DNA from: Octopus sinensis | Taxonomy: Eukaryota | Reading direction: 5' to 3' | Length of the DNA: 64,000 bases | Assembly: GCF_006345805.1 (NCBI RefSeq) | Contig: NC_042999.1 | Location: 103,664,001-103,728,000, forward strand | Part shown: positions 1-13,575 of the stretch, piece by piece | Numbering within the stretch: position 1 is the stretch's first letter | Layout: the number at the start of each line of letters is the position of its first letter | Translations under genes and position numbers: made by a program | The notes under the pieces: model-generated | What the model saw: only the letters and a program-made list of their open reading frames with translations | Databases searched by the model: none | What the model was told of the DNA's origin: nothing

Positions 1-959
1 CTTCCTCCCACTTTTTAAGACAAAAAGGACTTTATTTGCAGGAAATTTGTATGCCATTTCCTGCAGGTCAAGCATTGTACACACTATTGTATATACTGTT
101 GGTTTTAATTGCTGTTATTTTGCCAGTTTCCCACTCAATAAACAAACTTATGGTTCTTTCTTAGACACTGAGCAACAAGGACAACATTAAAGTGGTGGAT
201 AAATCTCTCTGAAAGACTTTGAGATGTATCATTTCTAAGGACAATATAATTCAATATGTTCATTTTTAACATGATAGGGAATAATTTCAAGGAAATTTAA
301 CTGTTTCTTCGTGTATAGTAGGATAGCAAAGTTAGGTATCTCGACGACGATCATAGAATAAAAACCGTAGACACTTCTGCTAGTAAATTAGACATTCAAC
401 AATTCTTCTTTTCAACTAATTTTTATTTTTACTCTCTTTCTAAATATAGAGTTTCCTTCGGGCGAAATCAGTCAGTTAACCATACCGTCTGGGTTTTAAT
501 CTAGCATTGTTAATTAGGCAACTGTAATGAAATCGGCAGCGTAATAGAGTTTCAAAAACTAACAAGCTATTCTCTCGGGATGCGATTTGAACTGCAGTCT
601 CTCCCTAACATTATCTTTCAATCTCTCTCTCTCTTTCTCTTTCTCTCCTTCTCTCCCCCCCCCTCTCTCTCTCTTCTTGATGATCGGTTTATCTATACTA
701 GCCGTTGCTGCAGCTGCAAGAAACAAGATTTTGACAAGAAAGATTAATAATGTCACAAAACTTAGAAGCATTGCTGCTTTTACTACTGATTTTTGCAAGA
801 TAAAATGTAAGTGAAAGCATGTATGTATGTACGCATGTACGTATATGTATGTACATATGAGTGCGTGTGTGCCTGCATGCGTGAATGTATGTGTGTGTAT
901 GTGTTTCTGAATATATAGAGAGACAGATAGACAGACAGAGAGATGTATATAGGTATATG

Positions 960-989
<30 letters not shown>

Positions 990-993
<4 letters not shown>

Positions 994-1231
994 GGGAATA
1001 AATCCAAACTTACAGGAAAAAATTAGATTTAGGATTAAATCCAATTTTATAGTATAAATATATTATATTATATTATATTATATTAGAGATAAAACCACTA
1101 TTAGGCAAATCAAACAGTGAAAAACATAAGCCAATACGTAAAATTAATTTTAAAATATAAAAGTTAAAAATAAAAAATTATTTAAATAATTTAAACTTAT
1201 AAATTTTATATATATATATATATATATATAC

Positions 1232-1264
<33 letters not shown>

Positions 1265-3445
1265 GTATATAGGTATATTTTTATATTTATATATTATTTT
1301 ATTTATTAATTAATTAATTTATTTATTTATTTATTTTTTTAAATATCAAAAGTATTAAAAGATTAATAAAAGATAAAGAGTAAAACACTACGATCGTTTC
1401 ATGGCTGTACCAATTCGAATAACAATAAGTTTAATTCAATTAATAATTCGAGTTATGGTTACAGTCAATCTTCATTTAATTGAAATATTTAAAAAATAAT
1501 CAGAAATATTTAAACAATATTTTAAAGATATAAATAATATAATAATTTTATTTATAATAAACTCTATTATCAAACTAGAAACTTAAAACTTAACAATTAT
1601 AATTATATCAAAATCGATTATAATGTTAAATATTAATTTTAATTTATTAGGTAAGAAACCCACCAATAATCTAATATCGGTAATAGTCTATATCTAATTA
1701 CATAAATATTTTTTTTAAATGGCTATTATATATAAATTATCAATGAAAATATATAAATGTATATAAATATTATAATTAAGATCTAAAATAATCTCTATAA
1801 ATAAATATATATGCACATATAATAAAGACCTAATAAATTAATTTTTCATATTTAAAGATGAAATAGCTAATTTCAAAAATACAAACAAACAAACTTAAAC
1901 GAACTTTCGGAAATCTTATTTAAAATACTTACAGAAATAATCAATTCGTAGTTATATAGTATCGAATAAATACTATAAATACTATAAATATAATTATCAA
2001 TGGAATAACTAGCGAATATCAATTTAAAAAGACAGTAACTAAGTTATGCTATTAAGTTAGACATGGCCTGGACCAATCTTTAGTCAAAACATATCTAAGT
2101 TTATCAAAGTTTATCTAATTTTAATTATAAGAACTCTATATTCAATAAACCATTAAATATTTATTAAAAAATATATTTAGTAATAAAATATTTAGTAATA
2201 AAATAAACAACTATATATAAACTAACTATAATTAAAAACAGAACCTAAATAACTAAAATAAACTAATATAATAATTACTACAAATCACCTGCTATATTTA
2301 GAATACTATTACATAAATCAACAAATAAGGAGCTAATTAAGGCTAAGAAATATTCATTATTTATCAAGAAATTTATTATATAAGTAAAGTAACTTGTGTC
2401 TGCATTTTATTTTGCGCTCATCCCAGGTATTCACTAAATTATCATGCTTATAAAATAAAATTTCTTTAAACTCATTTGAACATAAATAAAAATTCCCTCC
2501 TATACTATATGATTTAGCCTTACTAATTATTTCCCATGATAAATCATAATTAATATTTTGGGATTTAAGTCCCCAAATGTACTTGCTAAGTCCAGTGGAG
2601 TTAATTAAGTTTTTATTTTTAAATGAATGCATATGCTGTGCGATTCTTAATTTTATTTTAGAGGAAGTGGACCCTATATATATATATCGCGTTTGAGTTA
2701 TTATTATTATTATTATTCTCATCATGTAATGTAACACTACATTTATACACTACATCGTTAATATCACATTTATTATTTAAGTTGCATTTAGTTTTATCAC
2801 TACATGTACAGTTAATTAGTGTCTTATCTTTTTTATTATTGGTATTATTATATAATTTATTTTTATAAAAATTATTCAGTTTAAATTTGTTAAAAGAAGA
2901 AATAATGTTACCTACACTATTAGTGGTAGAATAACCTACTCCAAAATTATTACTAGAGAAAATGTTTTTATATTTACGATTATCTCGAATAAATAGTTCA
3001 ATAATATCTAAAATCTCTATAATGATGTTCGTTTTAACTTGAGCACCATAAGGAACTATTAACCAACTTTTATTCTTATTTTTCTTATTATTATTATTAA
3101 AACTATCATTATTATTATTACCATTATTATTATTATATTTCTTTATCATATTACTATTATTATTATTAGATTTAAATTTATAATTAACATTTAAAGAATT
3201 ATTAAAGTTATTATTTTTATTTTTACTCTTATTTTTATTTATATTATTTTTATTTTTATAATTTCTAAGATTATTACCAATATTACTAACAAAATTATTA
3301 TAATTATTATTAATATTTTTATCTTTATTTTTAATAAAAAAAATTAATATTACTATTATAACCTGCCTCTCTAAGGGCCTCATTGTAATAAGGAGCATGT
3401 TTATTAAAAATCTCTAATGCCTAATAGTGGTTTTATCTCTAATTT
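990..3445 (-). mobile_element. Penelope-like element, 5'-truncated (linker + GIY-YIG endonuclease + 3' pLTR), flanked by (TA)n
   Basis: ORF 2658-3398 has the PLE linker (WLIVPY...VGYSTTNSVGNIISSFNK, CTCSDKTKC, VVYKC). ORF 2357-2737 has YIGSTS...LSKYIW...CRH. A 25-bp inverted terminal piece links 1082-1106 and 3419-3443. Confidence 0.85.
1389..1475 (-). ncRNA. Degenerate hammerhead ribozyme-like motif (A3, no stem I partner)
   Basis: Minus strand reads ATGAAGA-T-[long stem II TGACTGTA/TACAGCCA]-T-GAAA-C-GATC-GTA, with palindromic stem III ACGATCGT. Position 3 is A instead of C and stem I does not pair. Confidence 0.5.
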
Positions 3446-3452
3446 AATATAA

Positions 3453-3524
<72 letters not shown>

Positions 3525-3582
3525 ACTATGCATATACATATACAAATATGTGTTTGTATGCATATATACAAATGTGTTAGGC

Positions 3583-3960
3583 AACAGGAGTGGCTTGCTT
3601 ACCAACCACATGGTTACGGGTTCAGTTCCACTCCGTGGCACCTTGGACAAGTGTCTTTTACTATAGCCTCGGGCCGAGCAAAGCCTTGCGGGCGGATTTG
3701 GTAGACAGAAACTGAAAGAAGTCCGTCGTATATATGTATATTATGTGTGTGTATGTTTGTATGTTTGTATTTGTCCCCCAAAATCGTTTGACAACCGATG
3801 CATGTGTTTACGTCCCCGTAACTTAGTGGTTCGGCAAAACAACCGATAGAATAACTTGTAGGCTTACAAATAATAAGTCCTGTAGTCGATTTGCTCGCCT
3901 AAAAGGCGGTGCTCCAGTATGACTGCAGTCAAATGACTGAAACAAAGAAAGAATAAAAGA
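3583..3960 (+). mobile_element. tRNA-derived SINE (abundant octopus-type family)
   Basis: tRNA-like head with B-box-like GGTTCAGTTCC and 3' end ...CAAATGACTGAAACAAAG. Homologous to the copies at 27355 and 41775. Confidence 0.85.
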
Positions 3961-4533
3961 ATATGTGTGAAGACACAAATACGTACGTGCACCCAACACA
4001 GACACGCATACAACCATACAGATATATGCACTTAAGTATGTATTTATATATATATGTGAGTGTGTGTCTGTGTTTGTGTGTGTGATTGCAAATGTATACA
4101 TGTGTTGGGGGACTGACATACATACATGCATCCATACATATAAATATATACACATATATATATGTATGTATATATGTGTGTGTATATATATATGTATATA
4201 TATATACATACATATATATATACATATGCATATATATATACATGTGTATATATATATATTTACATATATATATTTATATATACATACATACGTACATATA
4301 TATATATGCATACGTACATATATATATATACGTATATATATATACATGTGTATGAATATATACGTGTGTGCTATATATATGTGTGTACTACATATATATA
4401 TATATATATGTATGCATGTATTTACTATATATATAGTCTCTCTCTCTCTTTATACATATATATGTGTGAGTGTGTGTGTGTGTGTGTATGTATGTAAGTA
4501 CTATATATATATATATGTACCATATATACATAG

Positions 4534-4591
<58 letters not shown>

Positions 4592-4947
4592 ATATTATAT
4601 ATATATATATCATGTCTATGATAATTCTTTCAATCCGACTTGCATGATAGTATTTCGATAGTATTTTCGTAGATAACTTTCTTAGTTAACTTTCTTAGTT
4701 AATTAATGATGTAGGCGAATAGTGTATGTTCCATAATCTTAAATGTAAAGCAAGGTATATCTAAGAGAAGTAATAAAAAATTTAGCCATACTCTAATGTG
4801 TAATCTCATGAGCGTGAATACATGATAACAAATTATTTTTTTTTAGTTTTCTATGGACAAGAAAAGTAGAGGAACTGGCCTTATCGACTTCTACTCTAAA
4901 TAGTCTTTTCTCCCCACACCATCTTTATAGTTAAGATATATATCGAA

Positions 4948-4981
<34 letters not shown>

Positions 4982-4987
4982 TAAAAC

Positions 4988-5122
<135 letters not shown>

Positions 5123-5729
5123 TTGTCACTATATGTCATGACTTGGTTATATTAGTTTTTTTACGATCAGCATAATAATGCTTTCGTTGGCAATGTAATC
5201 GATCAATCAAGTACTAAGTTCTGATCGTGGCATGATTTAAAATGCATAGTAGGGACTATTTGATGATAATCAATATAAATTTCAGTCAGTTTAACAGATC
5301 TTAAAATGCTACTACAATGCAACACATCAATTACAGTCAAAAGTTCTGCAACAAAGGAAAAAGTCATTTGTTTATATTAAATGACATTTTTCAGTTTAGT
5401 TTTTACCGCGATGCTTGTTAGATGGATGATAGAACCACTCCTGCAATCCACCAATGACATACAATTGTCGCATAATCAGCCTGCAGGCAGTAACAAAATA
5501 CTTTCACAGTCAACATTTTTGTCAGCTTTAATAGGGTAGATGTGTAACTGTGCACCTATTTCGTGATTCACCTACCATGTAATAGATCTCTTTCCTCTTG
5601 CAGCCAAATACTGTACATTAACTGAACAGTTCTGTTAAAAAACAAATACATGCTTCTTGCGTTAAAAAATACCTCGAGAAATGTCATATACTGTGTATCA
5701 TAGTCACCATGAAAAGATTGATATAGATA

Positions 5730-6080
5730 AAGCTTTCCTTAGATTAATAGGTAAACACTTTAATACTAGATACAGAAAATTGTTTAGATAGAAATAATGT
5801 TATGTTTACGATTAGTTGTGCAACCAATATGAAGCAGATTACATCTTATAGTTTAACTCTACCCACTAAGGCTGTATATTCATGCAGAGACATTACCACT
5901 CGTCCACTCAATAGATCCTGCAATACAGAGGCTATCATCTATGAAGCAGGTATCAAGTCTTTTAACCCAGTCCCATTACTCCAACCTGAAGCGCTACATT
6001 TGTGTGATGAAAGCTCATTCAACAAAAACTTTGTAAACCACACCTCACCATTTATTTACATTGGTAACTTAATGCAAGAG
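5730..6080 (+). mobile_element. Degenerate Penelope-like fragment (linker/GIY region)
   Basis: Reads FLRLIGKHF...ISCATNMKQI...SCRDITTRPLNRSCNTEAIIYEA, similar to the linker of the 990-3445 element. Frameshifted. Confidence 0.6.
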
Positions 6081-6609
6081 ATTTGAAATTATGTTGAGTT
6101 GTTGAAAGTCGAAAGCGGCATACTATATCAGCTAAAATATAGTGATTGATAAGCATTCTGATGAAGAGAAAAAAGTGTGAGGACCGCCCAATAATTCTAA
6201 TTAATAAAGCTGTTCTGTTTTGAACGAAAAAAGAATAGTACCGCTTACATGCAATATAAGTCACTTAACTTTATTCATCACTCGTATCAGCTGGAACAAC
6301 CGGACTTTGTAAAAGTTCCTTTCAATTTTTGAATAGAATAGTACGGAAGAAGGGACAGTAGCCATGGATTTCACAAAGCTTCTGAGAACAATGATGGTAA
6401 CGTGTCTCTTGGAGAGTTGTAAGAAGACAGCTGCGGGAAAAAAAACTATTCCAGAAAACCGACATTCCTGGGAGTCATAGATGGACGAAGTGGATGGACA
6501 CAATATGGGTGAAGAAAGAAGAAAGAGATGTAAATCGGGAGTTCCTGGTTAAATGTTACACGCGATCAGACGGCTCCGAGTAGCAGAAACCGGTTTAGAG
6601 GTTAATTAT

Positions 6610-7860
6610 GTAAGGGTTATTTCTGGACACTTAATTAGCAATACCTTACTCCCTTCATGCCACTTAAAAGATAATGATTTTCCTTTCAGAACAGCACCCA
6701 TCCACCCATTGTGGCTAAAATGCTAACTCAATGGAAAGATACGCAGTCAATGTTTGCTATGTGTACGGAACATGATGATTTAGAAATTGCCAACTTTCTA
6801 AATGTTACAGCGTCTTTTGTACATAAAACTTGTGTGGACTTGGAAGCCTCTGGTATCGATGTTTCAATTGTATCAAAGAGAAGAAAACATTCTAAACTTT
6901 CGGTCACGAAAATAATATCGTAATTTAGCCAGTGGGTTCAAATGATTATCGATGATGATCCCGGAAAATCAATGGGGTCTGTCACCAAAGAACTTCAAGT
7001 GTCAGAGTGAACTATTAGAAGTGTGGAGTAGAGAGTCATTCACATACAAGTAGGATGTACTGGGAAGACGCCAGCTCATATCTGAAAACTGTTTGATCTG
7101 TACCAAGCGGTTACTTAAGTTTAACATCACTGACGAACATAGCATGCTTTGGTTCTCCTCTGATGAGAAAAATTCAGCCAATACCAAATGTCTAAGAGGA
7201 TAAATGATCGATGGCTGTAAACACGGTTTCTCTGATGTCCCCTGAGTGATACTCACTAAATCTTCAGCAACTGTGGTAGTTAAATATTTGTTGAGCAATG
7301 AGGGTCATCTCAAGCCATTTCACAGCTTTCCACGGGGTCTTCAAATTAATGCTGCTGAATACGTTGGGGTGCTGGAAATTGTTGTCAAGCCCTGGGTAGA
7401 TAAAGTAAGCAGTAGAATGCCATGTGTGTTTCATCATGACAAAGTATTTCTCACTAAGCCAACGTAACACAAGGATGGATATCAGACAATCTTTACAATT
7501 ATGTAATACCAAAGATGTGACCCCCGAAACATGCTATATTTTAATCCCATTGACTACTACGTTTGAAATGTTGTGCAAAGTGGAGATTGATAGCGTGCTC
7601 ACAGTAACATAGCTTCACTGAAGACCATAATTGTCCTGATGATGTCCAAAATTAATAAAGACCATTAAGTGTAGGCATGTCAGCGATTCCGATCTCTCAT
7701 TGAAGTAGCCATCGAAGGCAGATTCACAGGATAATCTTACAAGAAAGATTATCGAGAACATTTATACAAATTCATATTAAAATACATTTGGTTTTTCGTA
7801 GATTAGAGCAGATTTATTAAATTGCCAAGTATGTCTTCAAATACCTCTCACATCCTATAG
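6610..7860 (+). mobile_element. Degenerate Tc1/mariner superfamily transposon (maT/DD37D-like)
   Basis: Fragments EIANFLNVTASFVHK (HTH), WFSSDEKN (~7150), SNEGH...FPRGLQINAAEYVGVLEIVVKPWV and NPIDYY (~7543). Many frameshifts. Ends are approximate and DD spacing cannot be verified. Confidence 0.7.
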
Positions 7861-8805
7861 TTGAGGTAGAAAATATGAAAAGAGAGAAGACAACCTGTTT
7901 GTGAGTTACAGGCTGAGCGTTCCAGGTAATTGCAGAATTCCAACGAGGATCTTGTTTTGCAGCAATATTAAAACAAACTAGGTTGAAATGATGTTCTTAG
8001 ATAGATAGAATGATTAGCTTTGTATCTTACATGGTTGTCGAGATATAATCTCAAAGATTTAAAAAGAAGATTCATTTACGTACAATTAGTTGGAAAAGAA
8101 GTTTGAGAAATGAAGCACTTCTTTATTTCTAGCAAAGATATTTATTTTCTTTTTTTTATCTTTTGTGTAATACGTATTGCCAAATGAATGGGAAGAAGTA
8201 ACTACAATTCAAAACACATACTCATACGCACGCATACACATACACATATATACATACATACAAATTTAATCAAGAAACTTAAAACTGCAACAAATTGTGA
8301 GATTTGCTTTGATCTAATCGGCTTATTGTCGTTACAAAATCGATCTGTAAAAAGATGTTGTAGCTACCACCCAAATTATGGCCATTTGTTTGCCAATTCC
8401 AAACAATACTGCTTTCATGTTATACTCAACTGTGTCAGATACAATGGGAAAAGCGATTCTTTCAGTTGTTAAAAGGATCTGTGCAAATTCTTTATAATCT
8501 ATCAAAAAGGGGAGATAATTTTAAAACGAACTATAAAAGTAAATATAAATTCGTTCACTAGATGTATGCGTGTATGCATATACGTGTATCATAACTATGA
8601 GACTAGAGATAACTTTCAATTTTTACGAATGCTTAACAATACACACATATAATATACAAATGATTATATTTAATAAACTATAAATGCATATATATATATA
8701 TATATATGCACGTACATACACATGCACATATACTCATATATATATACATACATACATACATACATACAGACGTGTGTATGTGTGTGTGTGTGTGCGTGCG
8801 TGCGT

Positions 8806-9170
8806 GTAAATGAGTTTTCTCGATTATGCTCAAAGTAGCTTCGACAATCACACGTGCCATCCTTGCTACATTCACCCATCGTTTTTTGAAACATTCACTA
8901 GACAAAACTTCCCTCTCTACTTTCACCTTCCTCTTCAAGCGATACTTGGAGAAGTTGATGAGAGATTGACCAGAGAGGAAAGTGTTTATCTCTAGACCTT
9001 TCAGACGCGTCCACCATACACATTCTTTCGCTATAGCCACAAGTACGATGAAAATGGCTCTTCCCGTTTCAAGGAAGGAGGCGCGACAATATTCACGATA
9101 GATTCGGCTGATAGACTTATTTATCCCACACGTGATAGCAGTCGTTCGATATAGGCCCACAGGTCAGAAA
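8806..9170 (-). mobile_element. Non-LTR retrotransposon ORF2 C-terminal/3' fragment (Tx1/L1-like)
   Basis: LVAIAKECVWWTRLKGLEINTFLSGQSLINFSKYRLKRKV. Clearly homologous at DNA level to 56400-56690. Clade assignment is from recall. Confidence 0.5.
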
Positions 9171-9402
9171 CGGTTGAACACTGTACGAGTGCGTTGAGAA
9201 AGATTTCGTAATTTTTTTTTTTTTTTTTTGCTAAAATAAACAAATCTATCCACTCTTCCTAATGTACTGAGTTCTATATCACAAAATGCATGCATCAAAT
9301 ATAAGACTGGGTCCTCCAGCATGGCCGCAGTCAAATGACTGCAAAGAGTTTTAAAAAAATAAAAAATAATATTATTACAAACCCTGCATTATCTGGGTGC
9401 GT

Positions 9403-9436
<34 letters not shown>

Positions 9437-9931
9437 ACGACTGTTCATCTATCTCCCTTCTCTTTCTCCCTCTCTGTTTCCCTCCTCTCTTGATGTGTTG
9501 ATCCAGCGTGGATTCTGCATTAGTACTGCTAGAAGGAAAATCCAAAGCTCTCAAGACTGAAACACAAGCACAGAATATTAACTAAAAGGTGTTGTGGGGA
9601 AGAGAAGATTAGTTTTATGTTGCGAGTAATTCGTCAAAAAATAGAAAGAGCAGCAGCAGGATGGACTTTATTTAGTCCTTGTAATTTACACGTAGCTATG
9701 GCCATTGCCGATAGAAGTATAGCAATGTATATGTATGTATATGTATGGGAGAAGCTAATGTATATGCATATATGCATATGTACTTACTAGAACTAGGTAC
9801 TGCATATATGCATGTATAAAAACAAATGAAGACAACATATATACGCCTATATCAAATCCCAAAGGTGATGGTGCAACTATATTCAATCATTCTTACATAT
9901 ACACACAACCATTTATATGTGTGTATATATA

Positions 9932-9977
<46 letters not shown>

Positions 9978-10384
9978 CATCGGAGCGCAGGACCTGGCAC
10001 CAATCCTGCTTCCCCTCAGTTCAAAGATTTGAGCAAAGTCGACTCTTGCATCGGGACCAACTTCGTGCAAGCACGAAGACACACTGACAAAAGTTTGCTC
10101 TGCTAAATGGAAACCTTACCTGTGATAGTGGTTTTGGGCACGAAGCAAATCAGGTCTTGCCGTCCACCCAAGAAAACACATAGTAAATGATCAACAAATA
10201 CTCAAGAAAACTGAGTCCTCGGCCTGTTAGATTTACCAAAAGGCTTGCAAGGCACCAGCAGGCCTCAGGGGACACATTAGTGTCTAGAGAACATGATTAA
10301 CACTTTATTTTACTGAGACCTCATTTGTCGTTCGCAACAAGGGAATCCATCATACACACATAAACACACACACACACACACATA

Positions 10385-10435
<51 letters not shown>

Positions 10436-10476
10436 TATATATCAAAATAAGCAAGATGTCAAGCATATATATATAT

Positions 10477-10525
<49 letters not shown>

Positions 10526-10560
10526 ATATATATATATATATATATATATTTTATAGAAGG

Positions 10561-10611
10561 AGCTTCTACAGGACTAGAACTGTTTCATTCAAAAGAAATC
10601 ATCAGGAAGCT
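10561..10611 (-). ncRNA. Type I hammerhead ribozyme motif (antisense copy)
   Basis: agcttc-CTGATGA-T-TTC-tttt-GAA-T-GAA-ACAG-ttctagtc-CTGT-A-gaagct. Stem I 6 bp, stem II 3 bp, stem III 4 bp, GUA triplet. Confidence 0.8.
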
Positions 10612-10615
10612 CATC

Positions 10616-10666
10616 AGCTTCCTGATGATTTCTTTTGAATGAAACAGTTTTAGTCTTGTAGAAGCT
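10616..10666 (+). ncRNA. Type I hammerhead ribozyme motif (sense copy)
   Basis: CTGATGA 10622-10628, GAAA 10641-10644, GTA 10658-10660. Stem I agcttc/gaagct. Stem III ACAG/TTGT with one G-U. Confidence 0.8.
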
Positions 10667-10847
10667 CCTTCTATAAAATAAATTAATTTACTCTGCTATG
10701 TATTGAGTACCTTATTTACTGTGGTTAACCCCGACTCAACCCGGGACCTACATATATAAATATATACGGTTAAGTAATTGAGATTCTAGTGAATTCTAAA
10801 GAATTCACATGAATATGGTCCTTAACTAGGATGCACATATATATATA

Positions 10848-11030
10848 TGTGGAGGTGCATAGCTTAGTTGTTATGATCATAAGATTGTGGTTTCGATTCC
10901 TGAAGTAAAACACTTCATTTCCCATTGCTCCCATCCTGTTGGCAAAAATGAGTAATCCTGCGACAGACGCCACAGAAACATAATTGATGATTCTGTATGT
11001 GATATGGCATAAGTTGAGACCCTCGTTAAC
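10848..11030 (+). mobile_element. Degenerate tRNA-derived SINE
   Basis: Head gtggaggtgcatagcttagt...GGTTTCGATTCC, similar to the 52826-53108 head. Confidence 0.55.
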
Positions 11031-12194
11031 AGGCTGCTTGTATGTGTAACCTTTACTACTCAGGTTACGTCTTTTAACATGGAAGGTATAAGTTGCGACG
11101 TTGCTCTGATGTAGTGGTTAGTTCAGTTATACTCTTTACAGCAGACGCGGTGTCCGAATCCCACAGGCAATGTTACAGCTTCTGTTTTATGCAAAGCAAA
11201 TGCATGAAATTTTGCTTAGCCCTAGACATTTCCAGAACACACCGACCTATGATGATCAAAGGGCTGGTATTAACTGGTCTTTTACTTCGTGCATTGGGTA
11301 TATACTCGTATGACTACATTATTTACTGTCTCTTGCTTCTAAGATATTTGAAACACTGCTTGCTGCTACTTCAAGTTTAAATAACTACGCAGAGGTTAGT
11401 CCTAAGTTAACTAATATTATTGTATGGCAATGCAGAGTAAAAACGTAGAAGTGAAAGTAAACGAGACAGGTTAATTGCAATATATTAGTTAATGTTGTTG
11501 CTCACGATTTTGCATTAACATTCGGCTGAGATTGTCTTTATTATTACTGTCTGTGGAATCGATAAACGTGCCATGCAATGGAATCTATTAAATCATAAAT
11601 AATCAGCAAATTTTTTATGGTATAGTATGCTACTGGTCGAAATATTTTACTGCGTTTTTAGGCAAGATGGAATAGTAACCACACTTCTAACCACGTCAAA
11701 GCCTACCATCTTGAATAAAGAAGGATGCAATCGATTGTCAGCCTAAATACTTTCTGTTTAACAATAGACAAGATGGTAATGACTACAACATCATTATTCA
11801 TAGATCTGCTCATTTAGAGTTGATCTGACCGTCTACTACAAAACTACTATGTTTATTCTATGCAATTCTAAGTCTCAAACCTATCGCTTTGCAAGTTTAT
11901 ATGGTTTTGTATGGATACTCTTATACACTTTTACTCTTTTATCTGCTTCAGCCATTGGACTGCGACCATACTGGAGTACAACCTTGTAGGCTTAATCGAA
12001 CGAATCGCTCATAGAACTTAATTTAACTTCTGTTGCTCATCCCATCATTATCGTCTCTTTCGTCTTTTTAGCCGATCCTCGAATTTACAGGGCATGGATA
12101 AACGAACCCGGTTATCGAGCGGTGGGAAGACAAATAGACAAGCACAAAGACACACACATACGCACACACACACACACACACACATACACACACT

Positions 12195-12279
<85 letters not shown>

Positions 12280-12369
12280 GCGCGCGCACACACGCATACA
12301 GATATATATATATATATAAAGAGCGATAGAGAGAGAGAGAGAGAGAGAAACAGACAGACAGACAGACAC

Positions 12370-12620
12370 AATGATGAACCTAAAACATATATTGGGGTAA
12401 CGGAAATCATACCATTATCAGAAGCATTAACATTCATTTGTCAGTCTCGAAGAAAATGTGCTACGGTTTTGTCGAAGTTTTTATGGTTCTTGCATAAGAC
12501 AAGTCCTCCAGCCATACAGGAACTAAAGCTTCAAGTTCAAAATGCGGTGTGATCTTTGTCTGAATAAAAAAACTGAGTATTGTGACTTAAAGCACCAATA
12601 GTTTGAACAAAAAAAATAGT
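12370..12620 (+). mobile_element. Degenerate Penelope GIY-YIG fragment
   Basis: EPKTYIGVTE, LSKFLWFL and RCDLCLN-like segments. Confidence 0.55.
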
Positions 12621-12787
12621 CTGTTAACGCCTTGCATGCATGCGGCTAAGAATCTTTTATGCAAATACAAGCCTCCTCGAAATTCGTTCGGCATCAGAAA
12701 AAAAAAGACGTTGATATTCGAAAGCTTTAATTAATAAGTTTTAGTGATATGTATTTTAATATGTGTGGATGCGTATTTGTGTGTGAG

Positions 12788-12845
<58 letters not shown>

Positions 12846-13424
12846 TATGTGTATACAAGTATGTATACATGTATACATGAATATATAATTTTGTGTATAT
12901 ATGTGTGTCTATGAGTGCATATATGTGTATACGTATGCGTCTGCACAGTCGCATGCAAAATGATCACCTGCACACTCACATTGTTTTAAAAACATTAATT
13001 AAAAATATTACTTAAAAGTATTATTTTGGCACATTTCTTAAGCAACAACATAGTTTCGTGCCTTCGACTGTATGGAATTTGTGACGTTTATAATAATATT
13101 ACCACGAGAACCAGAAATAAAATCAAAATCCTGAGCGCAGCCGTTTTCGAGCATGACGTTCACAAAGGTTTTTAAATTAAGGGATCATAAGTATTAGTGT
13201 CTATTTCAAGCTTTCGATCATATTTCAAAACATATTAGGACAGTCGATATTCAAAAGAAAACCAGGCTCAGTTTACCAGCTGTTGATCGGAAACAAGCTA
13301 TTCTGAGTACGGGAAATTGAAGCCTTTTAATTATAATGTATTAAAGAATACTCAACATTTGTACTGAGTCCAGTAATTTATTGCTTCTGATGAATCAGAG
13401 ATTTTATGTGTGTGTGTGTGCGCG

Positions 13425-13575
13425 CGATAAGCTTCTACTCAGTTTCTGTCTACTAAATTAACTCATCACACTGGTCAGCCCAGAGTTATAGTAAAAGAAA
13501 CTTGTTGCTCACGATGTCTTGCGATGGACTGAACCCGCAACTGCGTGGTTGCAAAGCGTACTTCGTAAACACATT
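13425..13575 (-). mobile_element. SINE 5' half (tRNA-like head)
   Basis: Homologous to the head of the 27355-27756 SINE (ggactgaacccg...). Confidence 0.6.

Larger units (their letters stand above)
10547..10680. repeat. 134-bp foldback (65-bp arms, 4-nt loop CATC, 2 G-T mismatches)
   Basis: 10547-10611 is the reverse complement of 10616-10680 except at two positions. Confidence 0.97.

Noticed and set aside
5410-5500. Minus-strand RQLYVIGG...FYHPSN, Kelch-like
   Set aside because: Only one short motif, with wrong spacing and nearby stops. Insufficient to call a pseudogene.
6560-6602. GAAACCGGTT palindrome like an HHR stem III
   Set aside because: No CUGANGA-type core or stems upstream.
9617-9790. 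Short ORF MLRVIRQKIERAAAGWTLF... after a CT-rich tract as an alternative first exon
   Set aside because: No convincing signal peptide or donor site, and it runs into a (TATG) repeat.
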